Position numbers and translations under genes: made by a program
Shown here: positions 20,901 through 29,438 of the stretch, one piece after another
Layout: each line of letters opens with the position of its first letter
How positions within the stretch are numbered: the stretch's first letter is position 1
Assembly: GCF_025361915.1 (NCBI RefSeq)
Contig: NZ_JANYJC010000263.1
Coordinates: 1-48,708 of the forward strand
Direction: 5' to 3'
Source: Chamaesiphon sp. GL140_3_metabinner_50
GTDB taxonomy: Bacteria; Cyanobacteriota; Cyanobacteriia; Cyanobacteriales; Chamaesiphonaceae
DNA length: 48,708 bases
The notes under the pieces: model-generated
Database searches by the model: none
What the model was told of the DNA's origin: nothing
The model's input: only the letters and a program-made list of their open reading frames with translations

Positions 20901-21411
20901 AGCCAATTTGGGGAATTTCCACATTCAGCGTCGGTGTCAAGCCGACTTGGACGGCTTCGGCGATCGACCGCCCCATGCTAGCCCCAGTCAATTGATAGAT
21001 CAGGACGCGATCGACATTGAGTAATGTTTTGATATCAGCAACAGCACTAATGAATGCCGCCATCGGTGAGGTCGCTTGTCTAATTTTGGTGGCAACTTGA
21101 TAGATGCGATCGGCATCGATACTGGGGGCAATTGCGATCGGTGCAGTAGCAGTAGGCATCGTCAAGAACCCAGCTAATTCTCGCGCTTTACGGAGGTTTT
21201 GGCGCAGGGTTTCGCTGTTGGGACTATTAGAATTTTCGAGTTTAGCTTGCGCTTCTTGAAGAATTGATAATAGCTGTTGTTTAGCGGTAGTGCTAGTCAT
21301 GGAACGCTCTGGTGTAGACATGGTTTTTTCTGGAGGTGTAGTGACTGAGTTAAGCAATTCTGCTGCTTTATCTTGTCGCTCGTCTGCCGAACTAAATAGA
21401 TTTTTTAACAT
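17926..21411 (-). CDS. pixJ: Soluble 4-GAF cyanobacteriochrome methyl-accepting chemotaxis protein (PixJ/PtxD-like)
   Basis: Four GAF repeats (DRxxIYQF..DWSG..AE...LWGLL..YQ...R.W); MCP tip [34 protein letters not shown]; no TM segment evident. Confidence 0.9.
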   Translation of the reverse strand: MLKNLFSSADERQDKAAELLNSVTTPPEKTMSTPERSMTSTTAKQQLLSILQEAQAKLENSNSPNSETLRQNLRKARELAGFLTMPTATAPIAIAPSIDADRIYQVATKIRQATSPMAAFISAVADIKTLLNVDRVLIYQLTGASMGRSIAEAVQVGLTPTLNVEIPQIGFGFEQFTDDRSQRTIALINSETSPYQKQILEQYQVQATIAVPILINGYSAANDSYSLGRVWGLLVVHQCDRPRTWSEAETACLSQLSLELTLAVQPNQPLLQLSQRRDLLAAIEVEAQEVMQATLDNIRHNLQADRAMVVAYNPDWSSNVIAESVGVNWAKAGTSLDLDYSINGNNYKPYYVVNDIAAKRFDRCLLESLEPLQMKAYIVVPVLKNNQLVGMLGVYQNSGARNWQESELQAMLDYAKSFSFPIQQTTSRRLAQFQTQKMEERLQRERGLSKLQERLRSAKDERTVFQVATQDGRKLLNSDRLAIYQFDADWSGRFIAESAAPGWIDLIETVHIVQDTFLQRTQGGRYKDGECFAVDDIYTVGHQTCHIQLLEQFEARAYMLAPIFGADRKLWGLIAAYQNSGVRKWQEEEIETLRQMGLQVGIAMEQIDYIEQLKKRAEQEQTINRIADKIRQSLVVDDVFTSVVQEVRQASKTDRSVIYQFNPDWSGQVVAEAVGSGWVSLLIEQPKDEVLTGNRTNNDRCILRKWSQKDNTEEDTYLKNTKGGKYAKGEKSTAIDDIYTQNFPDCYINSLEKYQAKAYILAPIFIGNTLWGLLGVYQNDAPRAWDVSERAVIEQVAMQIGTALQLSAYLERVRTQEQELSALVDRERANRQGLEDEALKVLKAIAPSFRGDLTVRAPLSETEIGTIADGYNTTIQSLRELVRQVQTAAISVSGTSNENNLLVNNLSAQAEQELEQLDRALTQVDLMAASSQEVADLAQKVEQVVQSANRTVQDGDTLMESTVEEILEIRSTVSTTAKKIKRLGETFGKISKVVNLIENFATQTNLLALNASIEATRAGQYGKGFAVVADEVRSLAYQSANATTEIERLVDEIRIDTNDVTEAMEIGIAQVVQGTNLVNETRQSLSEIVVATGQISELVKAIGKSAGTQNIQSRKLTEVMTDVATIANLTSDSAMQIAESCQQLITTSQVLETSVSRFKVD

Positions 21412-21462
21412 TTGGAATAGATATATTTACTAAATCTTCCGAACTAGGGCTGATGTTCGAGT

Positions 21463-22002
21463 CTAATTCATACTCAGGGAATTAATTACCCGATCGAGAT
21501 CGATAACTACCCGCGATTGTTGCTCGGCATCGATAAAATAGCCCGATAAAAATAACCGCATCCGATCGGCAAACATCGCTTCACCGATCGGTAAACATTG
21601 CTGGATGTCATAAGTTTCGATCGTCCCAACGCGATCGATTAATAATGCCACCGTTTCATTTTGAATCTGAAAGAGCATTCCCATTCCAGTTGTAAGTTGA
21701 GACTTACTCAAATAACCAGATCCACCCATTAAATGAGCCAAATCTAATACCCAAGTAGCCTTACCACCATAATTAATAATGCCCAATAATGATTCATTCA
21801 TTTTGGGAACTGGTAATATTTCAGCTAGCGAAATTTTTATGGTCGCTTGCAAATCCATTAACGGAATGAGCGCGTTCAAACTATCGCCGATCGTAAAGCC
21901 AAGAAATCGTCGATTATCTTCCTGAAGTTTTGGCTGATGAGTTACTAATTTTTGACTAGAAGAAGGTGACATCTGATTAATAATTTGACTCATAACTGAC
22001 AA
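21463..22002 (-). CDS. cheW: CheW (PixI-like)
   Basis: ILPVPKMNESLLGIINYGGKATWVLDL; operon position. Confidence 0.9.
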   Translation of the reverse strand: MSVMSQIINQMSPSSSQKLVTHQPKLQEDNRRFLGFTIGDSLNALIPLMDLQATIKISLAEILPVPKMNESLLGIINYGGKATWVLDLAHLMGGSGYLSKSQLTTGMGMLFQIQNETVALLIDRVGTIETYDIQQCLPIGEAMFADRMRLFLSGYFIDAEQQSRVVIDLDRVINSLSMN

Positions 22003-22030
22003 CTCATTATTGATAATTTACATGACGATC

Positions 22031-22393
22031 TCAACCAATCAACCGATTGACTGTTTGTAATAAAGTTGGCTCATCTACCGATTTGCTTAAATAAGCATCA
22101 GCACCACTCATATCGCCCCAAGTCCGATCGATCTGTTTATCTTTAGTCGAATAAATCACGATCGGAATATTTTGAGTAGATGGTTCGGTTTTGAGCTTGC
22201 GACAAAGTTCAAAGCCACTTTCTCCAGGCAAAATCACATCTAATACGATTAAATTTGGCTTGAAAGTTTTGAGTCTAATTTCGGCTTCCTCGCCACTAGT
22301 GACGACTAAAATCGAAAACCCTTGCCCTTCCAAACACTTTTTAAGTTTGTCCGCTTCTAACTTACTATCTTCAACAATTAAAATCTGACTCAT
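22031..22393 (-). CDS. CheY-like response regulator (PixH-like)
   Basis: ILIVED...LIVLDVILPGESGFELCRKLK...GADAYLSK. Confidence 0.92.
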   Translation of the reverse strand: MSQILIVEDSKLEADKLKKCLEGQGFSILVVTSGEEAEIRLKTFKPNLIVLDVILPGESGFELCRKLKTEPSTQNIPIVIYSTKDKQIDRTWGDMSGADAYLSKSVDEPTLLQTVNRLIG

Positions 22394-22395
22394 AA

Positions 22396-23724
22396 TTAAT
22401 TACCACCTACAACAAGATATTTATCGATCATTTTCAACACTGATTCCGCCTCGACTGGCTTACCCAAAAACCCCGTCGCCCCCACCATTTTCGATCGCAT
22501 CCGATCGATCAAGCCATCTTTACCAGTTAAAATAATTACTGGAATATGCTTCAAACTAGGAGTTTTCCGAATTTGTTCGCAGACTTCATAGCCATTAGTA
22601 ATTGGCATTAATAAATCTAAAAAGATAAAGTCAGGCTTATTTCTAATTAAACTCGGCATAATTTTAAGCGGATCTTGAACGCCATAACAGCGATAGCCGC
22701 TATCTGTCAGAATTCTTTCTAAAGATTGATAGATTAAGATACTATCGTCGATACAAGCAATTAATGAATCCTGACGATTGCCAGATTTTGGTGTTGCACC
22801 AGCAAGCGGTGGTTGCGCCAATCGTTCGCGAAGCGTCTCGGTACGAGAATCGATCGGTCGGTCGAGCGTACCAGTACTTAAATGATTACTGGTTCCGGTA
22901 CTTAATTGGTTACTAAATTCACTACTCAATGGGCTGCTATTGTCTAAATTAGTCGAGCGACTAATTCTAGACTTTTGTTGAGAAGATAAATTGATAAATC
23001 CCGATCGCAGTAATGGTAATAAAGTGCTAGTAAAATTGATGACAGATTGCCGACTATTAGCAGCCAAACTCCTCAACGAACGATTGCCATCGATCGCTAA
23101 AACAGTATGATGTAAATCGGGATTACCCGCTAACTGATTTAGATCGAGCGATGTGGACACCAGGGCAAACAAACTAGGTGCATAAGCCGCCAACCCAACA
23201 TTCGACCATTCTTGCCAAATCTGAATCGATCTAGTCAAAATTGGTTCGATTTCGAGTAAAGGCAATACCAAATTTAATTGAGCATTACCCGCCCCAGTCT
23301 GCGTCAATTGATACGATAAACGGTTACCGCTATGTTGACTGAATTGAATCACATCGAATAAACTTTCGATCGCCATTCTGCCTACCAATTCGGCACATTG
23401 TTGCCGATCGATTGACTCTTCAACTAACAATCCTGCTAATATATTTGAATCTAAGATGGTTTTGTGTGGATTATTAACTTCTGCCAATTTTTCTGGCGGT
23501 AAGTTAAGGTTAGCTAAATTGAGATTTCTCTGCCAACAACCAATCGGCTCAATGCCACCATCAACCCAGCCAAATCGTCCCAGTCGAAAGGAGAAAGTCC
23601 AACTAGGATATTTTTCAACTTTGATGACTAAGTTTCCACTAAAAGATTGAGATTTAATATTTTTTAGCTGAATTATTAAATCTTTAAAGCTAATACTTGT
23701 TAATTTTTCGCCACTTTCAATCAT
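22396..23724 (-). CDS. PatA-family response regulator (PixG-like)
   Basis: N-terminal PATAN-like domain (IDGNRSLRSLA); C-terminal REC (IACIDDS, FLDLLMPITNGYE). Confidence 0.92.
   Translation of the reverse strand: MIESGEKLTSISFKDLIIQLKNIKSQSFSGNLVIKVEKYPSWTFSFRLGRFGWVDGGIEPIGCWQRNLNLANLNLPPEKLAEVNNPHKTILDSNILAGLLVEESIDRQQCAELVGRMAIESLFDVIQFSQHSGNRLSYQLTQTGAGNAQLNLVLPLLEIEPILTRSIQIWQEWSNVGLAAYAPSLFALVSTSLDLNQLAGNPDLHHTVLAIDGNRSLRSLAANSRQSVINFTSTLLPLLRSGFINLSSQQKSRISRSTNLDNSSPLSSEFSNQLSTGTSNHLSTGTLDRPIDSRTETLRERLAQPPLAGATPKSGNRQDSLIACIDDSILIYQSLERILTDSGYRCYGVQDPLKIMPSLIRNKPDFIFLDLLMPITNGYEVCEQIRKTPSLKHIPVIILTGKDGLIDRMRSKMVGATGFLGKPVEAESVLKMIDKYLVVGGN
22825..22848 (+). mobile_element. 24-nt HIP1-core-inserted micro-element, copy 2 (in PatA linker)
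   Basis: CG|TTCGCGAAGCG-TCTC-GGTAC-GAGA|ATCG. Confidence 0.7.
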
Positions 23725-23828
23725 TTTCTTTTTTTATCAATCTTAATGGAAGATTTTTTATAGAAGTAATTACATACCGATTATCTACAGCGATCTTAAA
23801 ATACTAGCCTGTCGATAGAAAACGATCG

Positions 23829-23852
23829 TTGGCGTAGCCTCTCAATCGGAGA
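23829..23852 (+). mobile_element. 24-nt HIP1-core-inserted micro-element, copy 3
   Basis: CG|TTGGCGTAGCC-TCTC-AATCG-GAGA|ATCG. Confidence 0.75.
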
Positions 23853-24085
23853 ATCGAGCCTATCAAAAAATTCTGTAAATAATTTCTATGTGGGTACTCA
23901 ATTGCTATACTAGGTAAAATCTCAGTACTTTGTGTGCGATCTCGATCGCATAGTATTCCAGATGTTCCATCGGCGGCTGGTGTCAAAGCTAGTTTCGATC
24001 GTTACTTCGTTAGTGTTCCCAGATCTAACCCATAAGAAACCAGATCGCTGTAAAAATCTTTGAGCGGGGAGATGGGGGGAGTAAG

Positions 24086-24318
24086 AAGTCAAGACAGCGA
24101 AAAGTGCGTTCTTGGGCGCGAAGCTCTGAGTGGGAAGCTTCCCCCACAAACGTCGCTTGGTTTCCCCTGTCTTGTCTTGACGCACACAACCGGGAGGTTT
24201 CCTCCCGGTCGATGCGTCGCTGTCTCACCCTTTTTGACGGGGAAAATAACTAAAGGTGAGCCGCAAGTAAAGCACCTTTTCAAGAGAGGGGTGCCCGTAG
24301 GGCGGGGTGGGTGGATCT
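24086..24318. repeat. GC-rich multi-hairpin element (nested small dispersed repeats or structured RNA)
   Basis: Stems AGACAGCGA/TCGCTGTCT, GGGAAGCTTCCC, ACCGGGAGG/CCTCCCGGT, CTCACC/GGTGAG, GCACC/GGTGC, GCCC/GGGC. Confidence 0.65.
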
Positions 24319-24346
24319 TCGCTAAAACCCAATACCTATTCCCTAA

Positions 24347-25213
24347 TTAGCGGATTGCGCCTGTAAACACCGTATCGGCTAAATTTGTCTCGTGGAAAAT
24401 TGCTTGCTGGAGATTGGTGTAGCTGAGATCTGCGCCTGAAAGGTTTGCACCTGTAAAATCTGCACCAGCTAAATTTGCCCCAACTAGATTAGATCCGCGT
24501 AGATTTGTACCCTTTAAAATTGCCCCGACGAAACTAGTTTTTGCCAAATTTGCCCATGATAAATCCGCAGCGGTTAAATTCGTGCGCTCGAAATTGGCAA
24601 GCACCGCATAGACTGTGACTAAATGTGCGCCATAGAGCCGTGCGCCAGTAAAATTCGCTCGATATAAATGCGCCAAACCCAGTTCGGTTGCTGTTAAAAT
24701 TGCCTGAGTCAGATTGGCATGAGCTAAATTGGCACCAGCTAAATCGGCAGAACTGAGCGTAGCGCGATGTAAATTTATCCGATCGAGATCGGCACCCCGT
24801 AACTGGGCAGCGGTAAAATCGATCGCGATCGCATTAACGCCAGACAAATCGGCAGAGCGCAAATCGGCATCGGTAAAATTACTCCCCATCAGATTGGCAT
24901 CACTAAGCTGCGCACGCCGCAAATCCGTAGCTTTTGCCTGAAGATCTATCGCTTCGATCGATCTTAAATCAGCATCTACCAAATCGGCTCGATCGATAAT
25001 AGCACTACTCAGATTTGCCGCGACTAATTTTGCCGCCACCAACTTGGCATCGCTTAAATTGGCGCGGCGGAGATTGACACCATGCAAATCTGCCCCGCGC
25101 AAGTTCAGATCCATTAAGCATGTACCGCTCAAATCGGGCACAGCATGGTGCTTTCGCCACTCCAACCATGCCACCGCCCCGCGCCGTAACACCGATTCCG
25201 CACTCTCGCCCAT
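24347..25213 (-). CDS. Pentapeptide repeat protein
   Basis: Continuous A(D/N)LxX repeats. Confidence 0.95.
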   Translation of the reverse strand: MGESAESVLRRGAVAWLEWRKHHAVPDLSGTCLMDLNLRGADLHGVNLRRANLSDAKLVAAKLVAANLSSAIIDRADLVDADLRSIEAIDLQAKATDLRRAQLSDANLMGSNFTDADLRSADLSGVNAIAIDFTAAQLRGADLDRINLHRATLSSADLAGANLAHANLTQAILTATELGLAHLYRANFTGARLYGAHLVTVYAVLANFERTNLTAADLSWANLAKTSFVGAILKGTNLRGSNLVGANLAGADFTGANLSGADLSYTNLQQAIFHETNLADTVFTGAIR

Positions 25214-25216
25214 TAC

Positions 25217-25858
25217 CTACTCCTGTTGCCTGCGTTCGGGGAAAGGACGACCGGGTAAGCTCTCTAATGCGGCTAAAATCCCGGCTTCGGCTGCTTTAAT
25301 ATCCCGTTCTTCGCCACCTAAATACAACCGCCCGAACACGCCCACAGCCGAAATTTGGAGGATATTAATTAATGCCGACTTCTCTGCCTCATTCGCCGCA
25401 ATTGCGGCATACGCCGCTGGTTCTACTTCTAATACATACAAAGTTTGTCCCGCCAGAATCATATTACCCCGCCGACTGCGATTGATCATCTGGGTATGAT
25501 GGGCGGTAATATTCCGAATAATCCGACTCGAAATAACGCGCGGCTTGAGACAATCTGACTGACGCACCCCTAAATAAGCCAAAATCGCTTGCCCTGCGGC
25601 ATGAACGTCGCCCTGAGAGCTGGCATGAATTTCCATTAATCCATATAACCGCTCGATAATCTGTACCCCCGGTCGTACCTGGGCAGATTTGAGGGCGATA
25701 TCCATCATTTGATTGATTTCAATGCCTGGAGATACCTCGATCCACAAAGATGAATCCGCTGGCAATGGCAAAAACCCCTGAGCTTCAGTACCCAAGTATG
25801 CTGCATGTTGTAGTTGCAAGCGATCGATAAATACGTAGCTGCGGAGATCGATTCCCAA
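25217..25858 (-). CDS. ccmP: Carboxysome shell tandem-BMC protein CcmP
   Basis: [60 protein letters not shown]. Confidence 0.93.
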   Translation of the reverse strand: MGIDLRSYVFIDRLQLQHAAYLGTEAQGFLPLPADSSLWIEVSPGIEINQMMDIALKSAQVRPGVQIIERLYGLMEIHASSQGDVHAAGQAILAYLGVRQSDCLKPRVISSRIIRNITAHHTQMINRSRRGNMILAGQTLYVLEVEPAAYAAIAANEAEKSALINILQISAVGVFGRLYLGGEERDIKAAEAGILAALESLPGRPFPERRQQE

Positions 25859-26040
25859 GGTAAATTAGCAGGTATGAAGTTAAAGCGGCTCAAGTCGGGA
25901 TTAAATTCCGACTATTGTTGGCGGATTCGGATCGATTGTTAAGGAGCATCGACAAAATACCAAGTCTCATCAGTATACCGCAGGTGGATGTCGATCGAGC
26001 TTCGAGGCAGTTAAGACATGCAAAACCTAAAACCTAAAAC

Positions 26041-26583
26041 CTATTTAGCCGCCGCTCGGTTGGCAACCCGAATCAATTGAGTCAACAAACCCTGCACGGC
26101 TTTTTGTCCGGTAGGCGCACCGCTAACCGCTTTATCAGCCCCGACTTCGCCGACTAGAGCTTTGACATATTCATTGTAGGCAACCACCGAGGCATTGAGC
26201 TTGACAGCATCGATATTCCCATTTCCAGCCCGCAGTCCTTGAATGGTAGTAGCTAGATTTGCCGCCGCTTTGCCAGTTGCGCCATCTATCGCAACACCAC
26301 TGGGCAACAATGCGGCAACTAATGTTGCTGGCGAACTGCCATTGATGACATCGAATGTCGCTGCATCGCCGACGCTATTGGCTGTTAAGGCTTGGGAAAA
26401 CTGGTTTACAGCAGTTTGACTCTGCGGCGCGTAAACGGTCTGACGATTGCCAGCTAGCGGGGCAGAGATCGCTTCTTTGCCGCTACCATTATCGTTACCA
26501 CCAGCGATTTGAGCTAATCCGGGGGTACTATTTGCCAGCATTGCGATCGTAGCCATTGCGAATAGATAAGTTAACTGTTTCAT
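26041..26583 (-). CDS. Small secreted Ala/Gly-rich helical protein, copy B
   Basis: Sec signal (..PGLA-QI); 95/121 identity by hand count to the core of 28652..29341. Confidence 0.85.
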   Translation of the reverse strand: MKQLTYLFAMATIAMLANSTPGLAQIAGGNDNGSGKEAISAPLAGNRQTVYAPQSQTAVNQFSQALTANSVGDAATFDVINGSSPATLVAALLPSGVAIDGATGKAAANLATTIQGLRAGNGNIDAVKLNASVVAYNEYVKALVGEVGADKAVSGAPTGQKAVQGLLTQLIRVANRAAAK

Positions 26584-26627
26584 AATTTAGATTAATTACC
26601 TCGATAAATATGAATGCAAAAAGTAAT

Positions 26628-28310
26628 TTAGAACCGGAAACCCAATCCCCCGTTGATGGTAAACCGCGAACCGCCAGTTTCTTTATTAACCAAATCGACA
26701 ACCGATGGCACCAATTGAATCGTGGCACTATCGCTTAAATACACCGTAATTGGTAAGCCCACGTTTAAATCTTGACCGTTCCAATCGGCAACCAGTGAGA
26801 AATTTGGCGATAACCGCGTACCCAAACTGCCAAATACCCCATAGCCATTTTTACCATTGCGAATATCGCCGACGCTGCGGAATCGCCCTGCGCCACCACC
26901 GACAGATATCGTCGTATTACTAAAAAAGCCCACATTGGCATCGGGATTGACTACAAAGCTGGCAACACCATAACCCGTCTGCCCGCCATCTAAATTTTGA
27001 CTCAACAGCACGGCATTTTCGTAGCCACCTGCGATCGCAAAGTTATCACCAAACTGCTTGTGTAGTTTGAAGCTGAGGCTACTATTTTTGAGGAAACCAC
27101 TAAAAATAGTGCTGTAAGATGTGGCAACTGTTTCCAACCCAATAAAGTTCCGCGCATCGCCTAAACCAAAACCCAGGTAAGCTGCACCATCTTTTCTAGA
27201 TTGACCTGTATTGGGCGGATCGATATACAAAGCCGCCCGCGTCGATGCTTGGTAAGAGGCACCAATAAAGACATTTCCCCAGCTCAACCCAAAGGCACTA
27301 GGAGTAGTTAAACCACCAACTGGATAGATGTTGGTATTAATCGCCCTCAGATCTGGCAGTCGATCGACTACACTAAGTTTAGAAATTGCTTCGTCGTTAC
27401 TCAAAGCGGCAATTCTGGGCGTAACATCAGAAATGGTAGTCGCATACGCGCCTTGAGGACAAGCCGCGATGTATTTATTAGCTGGGCTAGACTTATCGAG
27501 TGCGGTTAATTTACCCGTACTGACTAAAACTTGATGGATATAAGCGGCTACATCGGCGCGAGTCGCTACTGTCTGCGCGCCAAAGTTGCCCCCAGGCAGT
27601 TTGGAATTATCATATTCGACACCAACCGCGATACATTTCTGAGTGGCAGCAATTAGCGCATTCTGCCCATAGCTGGGGACTTGCTGGGCATCGCCATAGA
27701 CGCTATTGAGATCTAAGTTACCGCTGGGGGCGAATTTATTGCCATTAGTGAGGGCGACGATGCTCTCGATCCGATTAATTTGCCGATCGGGTGCGAAGGT
27801 AGCGTTGGGGTATCCAGCTAAAAAGCCACTCTGATAAGCTTTTTGAATAACCGCACTCGCCCAATACCTAGCCGCAACATCTGTAAATTTTGCTGGAGAG
27901 CGAACTGGCTGAAGGTCGAAAGCCCTGTTTAATAAGGCGGCAAACTCAGCTCTAGTTACAGGTCGATCGGGTTTAAAAGTACCGTCGGGGTAGCCTTTAA
28001 TAATATCTTTTTCGACTAGTGCTTTAATAAATGGCTCTGCCCAATTACCAGCTATATCGCTAGCCTGAGCGACTTTTTTAGTGGGTCGATTTGCTAGTGT
28101 TGTCGGATTGGTGGTGGCGTTAACAGCCTCAGCCAATGAGCCAGACACTGTTAATTTAGATAATAAATTACCGCCATCGACAGGCATGGGTTCGGCAAAT
28201 ACCGCTCCGGTATTAATAACTATGCTGGTAGAAACCGAGCCAATGAGTAAGAATGCGAGACTATCGATCCGAATGTTGCCGGGACGGGGTTCTTGATGAT
28301 TCTGGTTCAT
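26628..28310 (-). CDS. SLH-domain outer-membrane beta-barrel protein, copy B
   Basis: SLH repeats (IKGYPDGTFKPDRPVTRAEFA; LAGYPNATFAPDRQINR); amphipathic strands ending GLGFRF; start moved to ATG 28310 using the leader shared with copy A. Confidence 0.85.
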   Translation of the reverse strand: MNQNHQEPRPGNIRIDSLAFLLIGSVSTSIVINTGAVFAEPMPVDGGNLLSKLTVSGSLAEAVNATTNPTTLANRPTKKVAQASDIAGNWAEPFIKALVEKDIIKGYPDGTFKPDRPVTRAEFAALLNRAFDLQPVRSPAKFTDVAARYWASAVIQKAYQSGFLAGYPNATFAPDRQINRIESIVALTNGNKFAPSGNLDLNSVYGDAQQVPSYGQNALIAATQKCIAVGVEYDNSKLPGGNFGAQTVATRADVAAYIHQVLVSTGKLTALDKSSPANKYIAACPQGAYATTISDVTPRIAALSNDEAISKLSVVDRLPDLRAINTNIYPVGGLTTPSAFGLSWGNVFIGASYQASTRAALYIDPPNTGQSRKDGAAYLGFGLGDARNFIGLETVATSYSTIFSGFLKNSSLSFKLHKQFGDNFAIAGGYENAVLLSQNLDGGQTGYGVASFVVNPDANVGFFSNTTISVGGGAGRFRSVGDIRNGKNGYGVFGSLGTRLSPNFSLVADWNGQDLNVGLPITVYLSDSATIQLVPSVVDLVNKETGGSRFTINGGLGFRF

Positions 28311-28440
28311 GGTTTTCCTGGCGCACTCCTCACCGGAAAAGTTATCGATATCTATTATCGCATTACTGACGATCTTCTTATCTATATTTATCGTAGCAAT
28401 TGACTTTCTTTTGTTGGTGTTAAAAAGCACCAATCGCCCG

Positions 28441-28464
28441 TTGGCGGAGCCTCTCTGCAAGAGA
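28441..28464 (+). mobile_element. 24-nt HIP1-core-inserted micro-element, copy 4
   Basis: CG|TTGGCGGAGCC-TCTC-TGCAA-GAGA|ATCG. Confidence 0.75.
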
Positions 28465-28578
28465 ATCGGCAGTACGATCGCGATTTTGACTGCATATATT
28501 TAGCAAACGATTACTGTTAACGATTTGTTAATTTTGATGCAATCGCTCGTCACTAGTCCTTCAGAACATATTTACGGG

Positions 28579-28614
28579 AACAGGAGCGAGAAAACATGTT
28601 TTCTCACTCCTGTT
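28579..28614 (-). terminator. Hairpin after small protein A
   Basis: AACAGGAGCGAGAAAAC-at-GTTTTCTCACTCCTGTT; the single mismatch is a G-U pair on the minus strand. Confidence 0.65.
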
Positions 28615-28651
28615 AGTTGCGAATTAATTAGTAAATAATCGCGTTATTATC

Positions 28652-29341
28652 CTATTTAGGGGTCGGTGGAGTAGTAGGATCTGGAGTGCTAGGTGCAGGT
28701 GGAGTGCTAGGCGTAGATGGAGTGCTAGGCGCAGATGGAGTGCTAGGCACGGGTGGAGTAGGCGCAGATGGAGTAGACGCAGGTGCAGGTGCCGATTGGT
28801 TGGCAATTTGAATCAATTGACCCAAAACTCCTTGCAGAGCTTTTTGTCCGGCTGGTGCGCTGTTAATGGCTTTCTCTGGGCCGACTTCGCCGACTAGAGC
28901 TTTGACATACTCATTGTACGCGCCAACTGAAGCATTCAGCTTGGTCGCACTGATGTTACCATTACCCGATCGCATTCCCTGAACGGTAGATGCTAGATTA
29001 ACTGCGGCTTTACCTGTCGCGCCATCGGCAGCAACACCAGTAGGTAACAGTGCGGCGACTAGTGGTGCTGGTGCGGCACCATTGATGACATCAAATGTCG
29101 CTGCATCGCCAACGCTATTGGCTGTAAGCGACTGTGAAAACTGATTGACAGCACTTTGACTCGTCGAGGTATAAGATGGCTCGCCACCGCCAACGATACC
29201 GCCACCGCCAGTGTTGGTAATCGAATTAAAGGTGTTGCCATTATCGGAACCGTTACCGATTTGAGCTTGAGCTGGAGCGAGAGCGATCGTTGCTAAGGTA
29301 GCAACAACACCCACGCTTAATAAATAAGAAGAGATTTTCAT
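28652..29341 (-). CDS. Small secreted Ala/Gly-rich helical protein with Pro/Ser/Thr tail, copy A
   Basis: Signal peptide ..PAQA-QI; core shared with copy B; C-terminal (PST)n tail. Confidence 0.85.
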   Translation of the reverse strand: MKISSYLLSVGVVATLATIALAPAQAQIGNGSDNGNTFNSITNTGGGGIVGGGEPSYTSTSQSAVNQFSQSLTANSVGDAATFDVINGAAPAPLVAALLPTGVAADGATGKAAVNLASTVQGMRSGNGNISATKLNASVGAYNEYVKALVGEVGPEKAINSAPAGQKALQGVLGQLIQIANQSAPAPASTPSAPTPPVPSTPSAPSTPSTPSTPPAPSTPDPTTPPTPK

Positions 29342-29438
29342 GTTGACGATCGTAAAGAAAGGGATGAATAATACCGATCGAAAGAATGAGAATCGCTCGT
29401 CAACTTTCGATCGGGCAACTAATTAACGTCAGTAAAGG

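Noticed and set aside
23804-24350. Several short overlapping ORFs in the pix upstream region
   Set aside because: They arise from the GC-rich palindromic element and show no protein-like motifs.
28311-28460. 50-aa N-terminal extension of barrel B in the ORF track
   Set aside because: It starts inside the 24-nt micro-element; the leader and MNQ start shared with barrel A indicate ATG 28310.
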